Source of the DNA: Myxococcota bacterium
GTDB lineage: Bacteria > Myxococcota_A > UBA9042 > PHBI01 > JAWLBL01
Reading direction: 5' to 3'
Length of the DNA stretch: 64,000 bases
Assembly (NCBI GenBank): GCA_041687695.1
Contig: JAWLBL010000008.1
Location: 96,001-160,000 of the forward strand
Positions 1 to 12,975 of the stretch are shown one piece after another (positions within the stretch are counted from its first letter, which is position 1; each line of letters begins with the position of its first letter). Both the position numbers and the translations under genes were made by a program. A model generated the notes under the pieces. That model was not told the origin of the DNA, did not search any database, and saw only the letters and a program-made list of their open reading frames with translations.

Positions 1-1620
1 GCGTCGGAGCAGGGTCAGCAGGACGTACTCGTCGCTGCGCCAGTAGGCCCGCTCCAGCCGGTAACCGGCGAGCAGCCGCGGATCCGAGCCGAGGCCGTGC
101 GCGTACTCGCGCAGATAAGGCAGCCAGGCCGCCAGCGGGGCCGGCGACGGAGCGCGTACCTCGGCGGCGGCCGGCGGCGACGGCAGGTACGCCACCAGGA
201 CGATGGCGGCCGGCTCACGGTCGAACACCAGCTGTCGGACGCGAGCCCGGAAGCGCTGGTACCGCTCGCCGGTCGGCGCGTCGGCGCGGGGCACGACGCC
301 GGCGAGGGTGACGCCGTCCTCGGCCCGGGCTTGGGCCACCTCTCGGCTGACCAGGCCGACCGTGTCGAAAAAGCGCAGCGAAGGCGCCGAGTAGGGCCCG
401 AGCCCCATGTCCTGGCCAGCGACGACGGAGCCCGGAGGGACGCGGTCCTGTAGATCCAGGGCGAGCTGGCGCTGAGTCCGCCACATGGCTTCGTGGTAGG
501 TGGACAGCTCGGGGTGCAGCCGAGCCAGCTCCACCGCGGAGGGCAGGGCGAGCGCGAGCGGGACCCCGACGGCGAGCACGCGGGTCGTCGAGAGAGGTGC
601 GGACACGCGGCCGAGGCGGGCGAAGACCGCGGCGGCGAGCGCGGCGCAGGGCGCGGCGAGCAGACCCCATGCGGGCAGCACGAGCCGGCCGAGGACCATC
701 GAGTCGCCGCCGACCCAGACCAGGTAGGCCAGCCAGAACCAGCCGAAGGCGGCGACGGCCACGAGCGAGGCGCGGCGGACGAGCGCGGCCGCGGCGAGCG
801 AGCCCAGCACGAGCGCGCCGGAGGGGCCGACCGCCAGGACCTCGAACAGCTCGCCGGCGCCCGCGAGGGCGAGCGCGCCGCCGCTGCTCTTGACCAGGTA
901 GGTGTTCGGGACGAGCGAGCCGAAGTAGGCCCACCGCCACGCGTGATAGGCGACGAGCAACGCCGCGGGCGCGAGGCCGGCGCGGAGGGTGCCGAGGGCC
1001 GCCGTGGCGCGGGCGCCAGGCCGGGCGTGGAGCAGCAGCAGGGCGGCGGCGACCAGGCCGGCGACGTGGCCTTCGGGGCGCGTGAGGGCGGCGAGGGAGG
1101 CGAGCCACAGGGCCGCGTGGGCGCGACCGGCCAGGGCGCGCTCGACGCTGCCGACGACCAGGGCGGCGAAGGCGACGGTCTCGAGGCCGCTCATCGCATA
1201 GACGGCGGTGGTCGGGTGGGTGGCGACGAGCAGGCCCGCGGCGAAGGCGGCGGCCTCGGCGGGGCGTGTGCCCGAGGCGCCGAGGCGGCGCGCGAGGCTC
1301 CAGGTGGCGAGGCCGAGCAGCGCCGCCGCGATCAGCCCCACGGCCCGGGCGGCCCACAGGACCTCTTCACCGGACAGGCCGACGACGTGGGCCAGGGCCG
1401 CGCCGAGCACCCAGGAGAAGTTGGTGTAGCCCTCGACGGCCTCGCCGGGGTTGAACACGACGCCCAGCCCCTCGGCCAGGTTGCGCCCATAGCGGAAGGT
1501 GATCCAGGCGTCGTCCTTCACATAGCCCACGAAGGGCAGGGCGAACGCCACGGCGGCGACCGCAACAGCCCACGGGAGCCGCGAATGATGGGTGTCGGGT
1601 GGCGAAGGAGCGTTCGACAT
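1..1620 (-). CDS. GT-C fold multi-pass membrane glycosyltransferase-like protein (3' end runs off the window)
   Basis: Not in the ORF track because it has no stop in the window. Translated by hand from ATG at 1620: MSNAPSP...GYVKDDAWITFRYGRNLAEGLGVVFNPGEAVEGYTNFSW, the typical DDA.I..RY..N...G.G.V.N.GE.VEG motif, followed by hydrophobic segments. The frame reads ...YWRSDEYVLLTLLRR at position 1. Confidence 0.8.
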   Translation of the reverse strand, partial: MSNAPSPPDTHHSRLPWAVAVAAVAFALPFVGYVKDDAWITFRYGRNLAEGLGVVFNPGEAVEGYTNFSWVLGAALAHVVGLSGEEVLWAARAVGLIAAALLGLATWSLARRLGASGTRPAEAAAFAAGLLVATHPTTAVYAMSGLETVAFAALVVGSVERALAGRAHAALWLASLAALTRPEGHVAGLVAAALLLLHARPGARATAALGTLRAGLAPAALLVAYHAWRWAYFGSLVPNTYLVKSSGGALALAGAGELFEVLAVGPSGALVLGSLAAAALVRRASLVAVAAFGWFWLAYLVWVGGDSMVLGRLVLPAWGLLAAPCAALAAAVFARLGRVSAPLSTTRVLAVGVPLALALPSAVELARLHPELSTYHEAMWRTQRQLALDLQDRVPPGSVVAGQDMGLGPYSAPSLRFFDTVGLVSREVAQARAEDGVTLAGVVPRADAPTGERYQRFRARVRQLVFDREPAAIVLVAYLPSPPAAAEVRAPSPAPLAAWLPYLREYAHGLGSDPRLLAGYRLERAYWRSDEYVLLTLLRR

Positions 1621-1696
1621 GCGGGGCTCTTGATACGTCAGGACCGCCTTCAGGGGAACTTGCCGCACGGGGGCGTGCTGGAGGCCTGGCCGTGCC

Positions 1697-1726
1697 TTGA
1701 CGCTTTGGAAGGGGCGACCGTATCGT
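1697..1726 (+). promoter_or_regulatory. sigma70-like promoter for the Rrf2 gene
   Basis: TTGACG-18 nt-TATCGT, about 50 nt upstream of the TTG start at 1779. Confidence 0.5.
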
Positions 1727-1778
1727 GCCGGACGGGCCGTGACTCGCGCACTCCGCGCGTTCGGGCCGGCGAGGGGCC

Positions 1779-2264
1779 TTGAAGCTTTCGACGCGAGGCG
1801 AGTACGGGATCCGCGCGATGCTCTACATCGCGATGAAGGCCGGCGCGTGCGGGGACGGGGCGCTCATCCACGCCGAGGAGATCAGCGAGGCGCAGGCCAT
1901 CCCGCCGCACTACCTCAAGCAGATCCTGTCGCGGCTGCGGGCGGCTGGGCTGATCCGGTCGACGCGCGGGCCGGCTGGCGGGCACGGGCTGGCGAGGCCG
2001 GCCGAGGAGATCTCGGTGGGCGAGATCATCCAGTGCCTCGAGGGCAGCCTGACCTGCGTCCAGGGCATCCTGGACATGCCCTGCGCCATCCACGTCGGGC
2101 CGAGCCACTGCGTCATCAAGGAGTTCCTGCTGGACGTGAAGGCCCGCACCGAGTCGCTGCTCAACGGCACGTCGCTCGCGGATCTGGCGGCGCGGCAGAC
2201 CACGCTGTCGCAGCAGAAGATCGTGGTCGAGACGCGGCTGATGAAGCGGCCGCTGCCGGCCTGA
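1779..2264 (+). CDS. Rrf2 family transcriptional regulator (IscR/CymR/NsrR-like), likely Fe-S binding
   Basis: MKLSTRGEYGIRAMLYIA...EEISEAQAIPPHYLKQILSRLRAAGLIRSTRGPAGGHGLARPAEEISVGEII; C-terminal Cys cluster (TCVQ, PCAI, HCVI). Confidence 0.92.
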   Translation: MKLSTRGEYGIRAMLYIAMKAGACGDGALIHAEEISEAQAIPPHYLKQILSRLRAAGLIRSTRGPAGGHGLARPAEEISVGEIIQCLEGSLTCVQGILDMPCAIHVGPSHCVIKEFLLDVKARTESLLNGTSLADLAARQTTLSQQKIVVETRLMKRPLPA

Positions 2265-2386
2265 CGCGCGCCCGGGGACGCCACCTGGCGCGGGCGCGCG
2301 GAGCGCCCTCGCCAAGTACGGATAGCCGTGTCCCCGCGCGATCGGAGTGCCCGCGCCAGAAAGGGATCGGGAAGCGCCCGCGCGAT

Positions 2387-2591
2387 CGGAGTGCCCGCGC
2401 TCGCGCGGGCTCGCTGGATCGGCGCCGCTCGCGGCGCCCCGACGTGATGACCGGCGAAACCATCAGGAGCATACGAGCGTCGAGAGCCCGAGCGTCAGTA
2501 GGCGCGTGCAGTCGAGGAGCGGGCTGTGTCTGCACGGGGTTGCGCCGCAAGCGGCGCGATCCGACGAGCCCGCGCTAGCGCGGGCACTCCG
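2387..2591. repeat. Inverted pair of double-hairpin REP-like elements (2387-2438 +; 2541-2591 -), with a partial copy at about 2335-2356
   Basis: GGAGT-GCCCGCGC-TC-GCGCGGGC-10nt-GGCGCCGC-TC-GCGGCGCC and a reverse-oriented counterpart. Confidence 0.75.
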
Positions 2592-2646
2592 AACGAGCGC
2601 GAAGCCGACTGCGATCGAGCGCAACCCGTCTCTCACGGATCGAAGA

Positions 2647-2719
2647 GCGTCCGCGCGTGAGCGAGAGGCGTCCGCGCGTGAGCGAGAGGCGTCCGCGCGT
2701 GAGCGAGAGGCGTCCGCGC
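2647..2719. repeat. 21-bp tandem repeat (GCGTCCGCGCGTGAGCGAGAG x3 plus partial)
   Basis: Exact units at 2647, 2668 and 2689; partial unit at 2710; degenerate flanking units. Confidence 0.9.
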
Positions 2720-2752
2720 ACGGGCGGGAGGGGTCGGCGTCCGAGCGTCGGA

Positions 2753-3841
2753 TCAGCGCAGGGCGTCGAGCTGCGACCAGGGGAAGCCGGCGCCGGGGTC
2801 GTCGGCGATGCGGCTGAGGTGCAGGTGGCCGACGACGCCGGTGAGGGCGGCGCGGGCCTGCCCGACCAGGGCGCGGCGGGGGACCTGGCCGTCGGCGTCG
2901 CGCGGGAGCTTGGGCGGGACCTGGGGCAGCGCGCGAGTCAGGCCACGGAGGAGGGCCGACAGGCTGCGCAGCTGCTCGGGGGTGTAACCCCAGGACTGGC
3001 GCTCCGTCTCCTGGACCACGGTGAACTCGCTGAGGGGCCGCTCGAGGCCGCTCGGGGCGTCCCCGGGCAGGGGCGGCGAGGCGAGGTCGACCGGGTTGAC
3101 CAGATCGATGGAGACGCTGCGGCGGTCGGTCTCGGTGACCTTGGTGTGGTTGGCCTCCCAGGCCAGATCCAGGTTCTGGTAGACCGTGCCGTCGTAGTCG
3201 ATGGTGAAGTGGGTCGAGCCGCCGCCGAGGCTCAGGCCGACGAAGGACTCGCGGGCGGTGAGGGTGCGGGTGTCGTGCAGGACGATGAGGTCGATGGCCC
3301 CCACGACCGCCTCGGGGTCGCCGACCGGGACCACGGCGCCGTCGGCCAGGGTGCGCTCGCGGAACCAGGTGTCGCCGGTGAGCGGGACCTCCTGGCCGAG
3401 GGAGCGGGCGACCTCGCGCCGGGCGCGCTCCTCTTCGAAGCGGTAGCGCTCGGTGTTGACTGCGACCGGGACCTCGATCCGCTCGCCGGCCACCAGGATG
3501 CGGCCTCGCTGGGCCCGCGCGTCGGCGCCGGTCAGGGCCGAGCTGGCCTCGCGGCGGGTGGGGCCGCCCTCGGCCGCGGCGCGCAAGCCGGCGCGGGCTT
3601 CGGGGTGGTCGGCGTCGAGCGCCACGACCTGCTCGAAGGCGGCGCTCGCGCGCTCGGCGTCGCCGTCCGCCAGAGCCCGGAAGCCCTCCTTGAGGTGCCG
3701 CTCGATGAGCAGCTCCTCGGCGGGCTCGCAGCGAGGCGGGCCGGCGGTGACCTCCTCGGGCTCGCAGGCGACCTGTGCCCACGGCGTCAGGAGGGCTACC
3801 AGCAGGGCGAGCCGCCGCGCGTCTGGGCGACGCCCCGTCAC
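2753..3841 (-). CDS. N-acetylmuramoyl-L-alanine amidase (Amidase_2) with N-terminal lipoprotein-like signal and TPR
   Basis: C-terminal part of the 781-aa ORF. GTG start overlaps the upstream TGA. Motifs LIVLHDT, STHFTIDYDGTVYQ, ANHT, VVGH...DPG; TPR-like AAFEQVVALDADHPEARAGL. Confidence 0.8.
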   Translation of the reverse strand: MTGRRPDARRLALLVALLTPWAQVACEPEEVTAGPPRCEPAEELLIERHLKEGFRALADGDAERASAAFEQVVALDADHPEARAGLRAAAEGGPTRREASSALTGADARAQRGRILVAGERIEVPVAVNTERYRFEEERARREVARSLGQEVPLTGDTWFRERTLADGAVVPVGDPEAVVGAIDLIVLHDTRTLTARESFVGLSLGGGSTHFTIDYDGTVYQNLDLAWEANHTKVTETDRRSVSIDLVNPVDLASPPLPGDAPSGLERPLSEFTVVQETERQSWGYTPEQLRSLSALLRGLTRALPQVPPKLPRDADGQVPRRALVGQARAALTGVVGHLHLSRIADDPGAGFPWSQLDALR

Positions 3842-4446
3842 GCGGGCCTCCCGGCGGTGGCCTTGCGGAAGGGGCCGACGTCCAGCCCCATCCCGACCAG
3901 ATCGGCCCAGCCGCCGGGCAGCGCGGCCTCTCGCGCGAGCACACCCTCTTCGAGGAAGCCCCGGGAGACGTACAGCTGGCGCGCGACCGCGTTGTCCGAG
4001 AAGACCTGCAGGCTCACGCGACGGAGCATCGGGTTGGCCCGCGCCCAGGTCAAGCCCGCGTCCAGGATGAGCCCGCCGATGCCGCGGCCCCAGTCGGCGC
4101 GGGTGACGCCCATGCCCAGATGGCAGGCGTGCTGCGTGCGCAGCGTGCGGCCGCCGAGGCAGGTCAGGCTCGCGACCACCTCGGTGGGGCCCAGGCCGCG
4201 GCGCGGGCGGACGGCGATGATGCACACGCAGTTGGGCAGGCGCGCTACCTGCTCGAAGAGCATGCGCTGCTCGACGAGGGTCGGAAGCGGGTCGTCGGGG
4301 GCCTGCAGCATGAAGTCGGTCTCGGCGACGATGCGCGTCATGTGGTCGAGGAAGCGCGAGGCGTCCTGGCGGCCCGCCTCGCGGACCTCGAGGGCGTCTC
4401 CGGCGCGGTCCACGCCGCGCCACGGCAGGGCGACGCGCTGGCTCAT
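3838..4446 (-). CDS. GNAT family N-acetyltransferase
   Basis: LGMGVTRADWGRGIGGLIL, LQVFSDNAVARQLYVSRGFLEEG. Confidence 0.9.
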   Translation of the reverse strand: MSQRVALPWRGVDRAGDALEVREAGRQDASRFLDHMTRIVAETDFMLQAPDDPLPTLVEQRMLFEQVARLPNCVCIIAVRPRRGLGPTEVVASLTCLGGRTLRTQHACHLGMGVTRADWGRGIGGLILDAGLTWARANPMLRRVSLQVFSDNAVARQLYVSRGFLEEGVLAREAALPGGWADLVGMGLDVGPFRKATAGRPA

Positions 4447-5674
4447 GCGGCGGCCTCGGCGGCGTGGGCGGCGCTGGGGTCGGCGGCGCGGGTCGCGTCG
4501 GGGGCGGCGGCGAGCGCGTCGAGGAAGTCGCCCAGCAGCGGGAAGACCAGCCGCGCCGCGTCGCGGGCCAGGATGAGGTCGCCGTGGCCCCAGTCGGAGT
4601 CCGCGAGGACGGCCTGGACGTCGCCCGGGGGCAGGTCGAGGGCGGCGAGGGCGGCGGGCGCGGAGGCGCCGACGACGCGGAGGCGGGCGGGGCCGGCGGC
4701 GGCGCGGTAGCCGGCGGCGACGGCGGAGGGGGGCGCGAGGCGATCGTCGGTGCCAGCGACGAACAGGGTGGGTAGGCGCGCTTGGGCGAGGCGGGCGGTG
4801 TAGTCGATGGCGCCGTCGCGCGAGCGGGGCGTGCCGGAGGCAGAAATCCAGGCGTGGAACTGGTCGAGGACCCCGGCGGGGATGTCCTCGATGGCCTCGT
4901 GCATGGCCAGGCGCAGGACGGGGGCGTCGATGTTGGCCGGGTTGAGGATGACGCGGGTGACCGGTCCGCCGATGCGGCCGCCGAGCCAGGCGTTGCGGCG
5001 GGCGGGCCAGCGCAGGGGGACGGCGCGGCGGGCCGAGGGGAGGGCGCGGGTGACGGCGCGGCCGGCGCGGGTGGCGAGCGGCAGCAGGCGCTGGGCATTG
5101 AAGGCGAGCGGGGTGCCCAGGCAGGTGAGCGAGCGGAGCTGCGGCGCGGTGTCGGGGGCGCCGGCGAGGGCGGCGCCGATGATGCCGCCCATGCTGTAGC
5201 CGACGAAGTCGAGCTGGGCGGCGCCGGTGACGCGGGTGATGAGGCGCAGGGCGGCCGGCGCGTCGCGGCGGGCGAGGTCGTCGAAGGTCCAGGTCCCGGG
5301 GGCGGCGCCGGGCCGAGCGCCGCGGCGGGCGAGGCCGCAGCCGCGCAGATCGAGCAGCCAGACGTCGTGGCCGCGGGCGTGCAGCCAGCGGGCGAGCGAG
5401 CGGTCGGCGTCGAGATCCAGGCTCTGGTGGTTGGTGGCGATGCCGTGGACGAGCAGCACCGGGCGGCGGCCGGGCGGCAGCGGGGCGGCGGGCGCGTAGC
5501 GGTACAGGGGCAGGCGCCAGCCGTCGTCGGTGGTGGCGAAGTGGATGGCGTCGAAGGTCTGGTCGCCGGCGTAGCGGGTCGCGAGCGCGCGCTTGTACAC
5601 GGCCGCCGTCACCAGGACGGCGACGGCGACGAGGGCGACGAGCGCGAGCCCGAGCGCGACGACGGCGGCGACGC

Positions 5675-5678
<4 letters not shown>
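4443..5678 (-). CDS. Alpha/beta hydrolase (PHA synthase/esterase-like) with N-terminal membrane anchor
   Basis: MSVAAVVALGLAL...; PVLLVHG, nucleophile elbow GYSMGG, GTDDRLAP, WGHGDL; ATGA overlap with clpB stop. Confidence 0.85.
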
Positions 5679-8356
<2,678 letters not shown>

Positions 8357-8400
8357 CGATGTCCCCGAGGTGATGGGAAGCTGGGGCCGGGGCGCGCGCG

Positions 8401-9660
8401 TCAGCGGACGTCGCGCGCCTCCTCGAGCCGGATGATGAGCTGCAGGCGGTGGCCGGCGCGGGCGACGTCGACCGGCATGTCGCGCCCGGTCACGCCCGCC
8501 GCGACCTGCAGGCGGAACTCGGCGACGCTGCGCACCGCGCGGCCGTCGAGGCTGACGATGACGTCGCCGGCGCGCAGGCCGCCGAGCGCGGCGGGGCTGT
8601 CGTCGACGACGCCCGAGACGACGACCCCGCCAGGGGCGCCGGCGAACTCCTCGGCCGGGCGGACGAAGACGCCGAGCCAGCTGCGGCTGACCTGGCCGCC
8701 CTGTTTGAGGCGCGGCAGGGCGTCGCGGACGATCGGCCACGGGATGGCGAAGCCGATGCCCTGGCCTTCGGCGCTGACCGCCGTGTTGAGGCCGACGATG
8801 TGGCCGCGCATGTCGAACAGCGGCCCGCCCGAGTTGCCCTCGTTGATGGCGGCGTCGGTCTGGATGAGGTCGTGGTAGCCGGTGCGGGCGTTGATGAGCT
8901 CGGCGCGGCCGGTGGCGCTGACGATGCCCTTGGTCAGGGTGTGGCTGAGGCCGAAGGGGTTGCCGATGGCGATGACCCAGTCGCCGACCTCGAGGGCGTA
9001 GGGCTCGGCGGGGACGACCGGGAGCAGGGCCGAGGCGCCGTCGACCTTGAGCAGGGCGAGGTCGCGGACCGGGTCGATGCCGACGAGGCGGGCGGGCAGC
9101 TCGCGGTCGTCGTGGAAGCGCACGCGGATCTCGGCGGCGTTCTCGACGACGTGGGCGTTGGTGATGATGTGGCCGTCGCGGTCGAGGACGGCGCCGCTGC
9201 CGAGTGAGGTGCCCAGCGCGTCGGCGGGGGCCAGGGGCGCGAAGGGGTCGGCGATGCGCTCGTGGATGACCTCTTGCGTGTAGACGTTCACGACCGAGGG
9301 CGACAGGCGCTTGAAGAGCGCGACGAAGCTGGGGACGAGCGTCGGGTCGGCGGCGGCCGGGGCGGGCGCGGCGTCGGCGGGGCCGGAGCTCATCGGCTCG
9401 GCGTCCGCGGGCTGCGCGTGGGCGGCGGCGTCCGCGGGCGACGGCTCGAAGGAGCCGAAGTCCGCCCCGGGCGCAGGATGCAGTGAGGCCTGCACGCGGG
9501 CGCTCTCGCGCGGGGCCGGCGTCTCGTACCAGTCGGCCGGGCGCGACTCGCCGCAGCCCGCCCAGGGCGCGGCGGCGCCCAGGCTCAGGGCGAGGCCGAT
9601 GGCGGCGGGGAGCGCGCGGCGGGAGGCCCGAGGAGGGCCGGCGGGGCGGGCGGAGCGCAT
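8401..9660 (-). CDS. HtrA/DegP-family serine protease with PDZ domain
   Basis: IITNAHVV, DLALLKV, IQTDAAINEGNSGGPL, C-terminal PDZ (SPAALGGLRAGDVIV); start 9660 or 9675. Confidence 0.92.
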   Translation of the reverse strand: MRSARPAGPPRASRRALPAAIGLALSLGAAAPWAGCGESRPADWYETPAPRESARVQASLHPAPGADFGSFEPSPADAAAHAQPADAEPMSSGPADAAPAPAAADPTLVPSFVALFKRLSPSVVNVYTQEVIHERIADPFAPLAPADALGTSLGSGAVLDRDGHIITNAHVVENAAEIRVRFHDDRELPARLVGIDPVRDLALLKVDGASALLPVVPAEPYALEVGDWVIAIGNPFGLSHTLTKGIVSATGRAELINARTGYHDLIQTDAAINEGNSGGPLFDMRGHIVGLNTAVSAEGQGIGFAIPWPIVRDALPRLKQGGQVSRSWLGVFVRPAEEFAGAPGGVVVSGVVDDSPAALGGLRAGDVIVSLDGRAVRSVAEFRLQVAAGVTGRDMPVDVARAGHRLQLIIRLEEARDVR

Positions 9661-9829
9661 GGATTCGGTGGGCACCCTGGGCGCGGCGTCGCCGCAGTGT
9701 GGCCGGGGCGGGAGCGGCCGGTGACGCGCTACGCTCGCGGGAGCGCAGGCCGTCCGGGCGACACGTGGCCCGGCGGGGGCCCACTGTACACCAGGCGCGT
9801 CGGATGAGCGCGCCCCGGGGACAGGTCGA

Positions 9830-10168
9830 TCAGGCGTCGCCGAAGCGCTTGCGGACCTCGAGGAAGGCGAGGCGGGACTGATAGAGCACGCCGGAGAGCA
9901 GCTGAGCCTCGTCCTGGCTCAGGTTGCCGCGGGTCTTGACCTCGAGCATCGCGAGGATGTCGATGGTCTGCTGCGCGAGGGCGTAGTCGGGGGGGCCGCT
10001 GGAGGCCTCGCCCAACGCGTCGACCACCCCGAGGTGGACCATGACGTTGCTGCCCAGCGAGATGACGAACGTGGAGAAGTCGATCGGCTCGCCGGCGTCG
10101 CTCGCGCGGGCGGCGTCGCCACGCGCGGGGGCGCCTTCGACGGGGCGCTCGAGGGTGTCAGTCTTCAT
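9830..10168 (-). CDS. DUF1844 domain protein
   Basis: IDFSTFVISLGSNVMVHLG...AQQTIDILAMLEVKTRGNLSQDEAQLL. Confidence 0.85.
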   Translation of the reverse strand: MKTDTLERPVEGAPARGDAARASDAGEPIDFSTFVISLGSNVMVHLGVVDALGEASSGPPDYALAQQTIDILAMLEVKTRGNLSQDEAQLLSGVLYQSRLAFLEVRKRFGDA

Positions 10169-10352
10169 CCTCGTCCTCGTCGTCCTCGTCGTCGTCCCAG
10201 TCGTCGTCGTCCGGCAGCGAGATGTCGATGGTCTCGGCCTGATCGGCGACGTCGGGCAGCCCGACGAGCATCTCGTCGATGGCCTCCTGGTTGATGAAAC
10301 CCTTGGCGAGGTCACGTCGGAGGAGGCGTACGTCCTTCTTCAGGTCTTCCAT
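10158..10352 (-). CDS. Small protein with acidic tail (64 aa)
   Basis: MEDLKKDVRLLRRDLAKGFINQEAIDEMLVGLPDVADQAE...DDDEDDEDEDED; coding-like codon usage; 11-bp overlap with the DUF1844 gene. Confidence 0.7.
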   Translation of the reverse strand: MEDLKKDVRLLRRDLAKGFINQEAIDEMLVGLPDVADQAETIDISLPDDDDWDDDEDDEDEDED

Positions 10353-10413
10353 GTCGCGGCTACCCCTGCAGGTTCGGTGTGGTCGGGCCTCGGACGGGCC
10401 CCGGCCGGATGCC

Positions 10414-10500
10414 CTATTAGGAACGGGCCTCGCGCTTGTCAAGGACGGCGCTGCGTCGTCGGCTCCCGGGCTTGACGCTCGGCGGGTGCCTCCTTATACG
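10414..10500. promoter_or_regulatory. Divergent sigma70-like promoter candidates
   Basis: Minus: TTGACA(10442-10437)-17-TAATAG. Plus: TTGACG(10472)-17-TATACG. Both -10 boxes are imperfect. Confidence 0.35.
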
Positions 10501-10566
10501 ACGGTCCGCCCCCGGAGCCCGTCTCCGGGCCGCCGACCTCCGCAAGACGAACCCACGGGAGCGACG

Positions 10567-10896
10567 ATGAACCCCAGCGCCAGCGCGGTCCGCGTGGTCC
10601 TGTGCACCTGCCCTCCGGCCGAGGCGAGCCGCCTCGCCCGCGCCCTGCTCGAGGAGCGGCTGGTCGCGTGCGTGAACGTCGTCAGCGGCGTCCGCAGCCT
10701 GTACTGGTGGAAGGACGCCGTCAGCGAGGACGAGGAGAGCCTGCTGGTCATCAAGACCACCGTCGAGCGCTACCCCGAGCTCGAGCGGCGCCTGCCCGAG
10801 CTGCACCCCTACGACTGCCCCGAGCTGCTGAGCCTGGGGGTCGAGGCGGGCCTCGAGACCTACATCTCGTGGGTCTTCGACGCGACGCGCAGCTGA
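10567..10896 (+). CDS. cutA: Divalent-cation tolerance protein CutA
   Basis: LARALLEERLVACVNVVSGVRSLYWW...EESLLVIKT...LHPYDCPE. Confidence 0.93.
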   Translation: MNPSASAVRVVLCTCPPAEASRLARALLEERLVACVNVVSGVRSLYWWKDAVSEDEESLLVIKTTVERYPELERRLPELHPYDCPELLSLGVEAGLETYISWVFDATRS

Positions 10897-11017
10897 ACGC
10901 GTCGCGAGCGTCCCGCGCGGAATAAGCAGCGCGGGCGCGCGTGTTGCCGGGCCGGACTTCGGGGTCACTTCCGCCGAGCCTCACCGGAAGCCGTCATCTG
11001 GAAAAGGAGCACACCCG

Positions 11018-12007
<990 letters not shown>

Positions 12008-12027
12008 CGCCGAACCCACGAAGGGAG

Positions 12028-12975
12028 GTGACCGTGCCGGCCACGGTTCCGCATCGGTTCGAGCCCGACGAGGCCCCCGAGGCTGACGGGCGCGCGCTCA
12101 GCCGCGAGCTGCTGCGCAAGATCCGCAAGATCGAGATCGTCACGAGCCGCAAGGTCAATGACCAGCTCGCGGGGCACTACCACTCGGTCTTCAAGGGCCG
12201 GGGGATGAGCTTCGAGGAGGTGCGCCAGTACCAGCCCGGCGACGAGATCCGCTTCATCGACTGGAACGTCAGCGCCCGCTCGAACGACGTCTACGTCAAG
12301 CGCTTCGTCGAGGAGCGCGAGCTGACGGTCGTGCTGATGGTCGACCTGTCGGCGTCGCTGCGCTTCGGGTCGGTGGCGATGCACAAGCGCGAGGTGGCCG
12401 CCGAGCTGGCGGCCCTGCTGGCCTTCAGCGCCATCAAGAACAACGACCGGGTCGGCCTCGTGCTCTTCACCGACCGGGTCGAGCGCTTCGTCCCGCCCAA
12501 GAAGGGTCGCAAGCACGTCCTGCGCCTCATCACCGAGATCCTGACCTTCCGGCCCGAGTCGCGACGCACCGACCTGACGGCGCCGCTCGGGTACCTGCCC
12601 AAGGTCATCCGCCGCAAGTCGGTCGCCTTCGTCATCAGCGACTTCCAGGCCGCGCCCGAGGGGTTCGACGCGGCGCTGCGCGTGGCGGCGCGGCGGCACG
12701 ACCTCATCCCGGTCATCGTGCGCGACCACATGGAAGAGGAGCTGCCCGACCTCGGCCTGGTGCTGGTCGAGGATCTCGAGACGGGCGAGCCGATGTGGCT
12801 CGACACGTCCAGCCGGCGGGTCCGGCAGGCCTACCGCGAGCGCACGACCGCGGCGCACAAGCGCCTGCTCCAGGCGCTGCGGCGGCTCAAGCTGGACGTG
12901 GTCGACGTGCGGACCGGCGAGGGCTACGTCCCCGCGCTGCTGCAGTTCTTCCACCTGCGCGCGAGGCGGCCGTGA
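12028..12975 (+). CDS. DUF58 domain protein
   Basis: GHYHSVFKGRGMSFEEVRQYQPGDEIRFIDWNVSAR, FVEEREL, VISDF. Confidence 0.93.
   Translation: MTVPATVPHRFEPDEAPEADGRALSRELLRKIRKIEIVTSRKVNDQLAGHYHSVFKGRGMSFEEVRQYQPGDEIRFIDWNVSARSNDVYVKRFVEERELTVVLMVDLSASLRFGSVAMHKREVAAELAALLAFSAIKNNDRVGLVLFTDRVERFVPPKKGRKHVLRLITEILTFRPESRRTDLTAPLGYLPKVIRRKSVAFVISDFQAAPEGFDAALRVAARRHDLIPVIVRDHMEEELPDLGLVLVEDLETGEPMWLDTSSRRVRQAYRERTTAAHKRLLQALRRLKLDVVDVRTGEGYVPALLQFFHLRARRP

Noticed and set aside
2347..2817. 156-aa ORF with ASARERE repeats
   Set aside because: Translation of the REP-like elements and the 21-bp VNTR; overlaps the amidase antisense.
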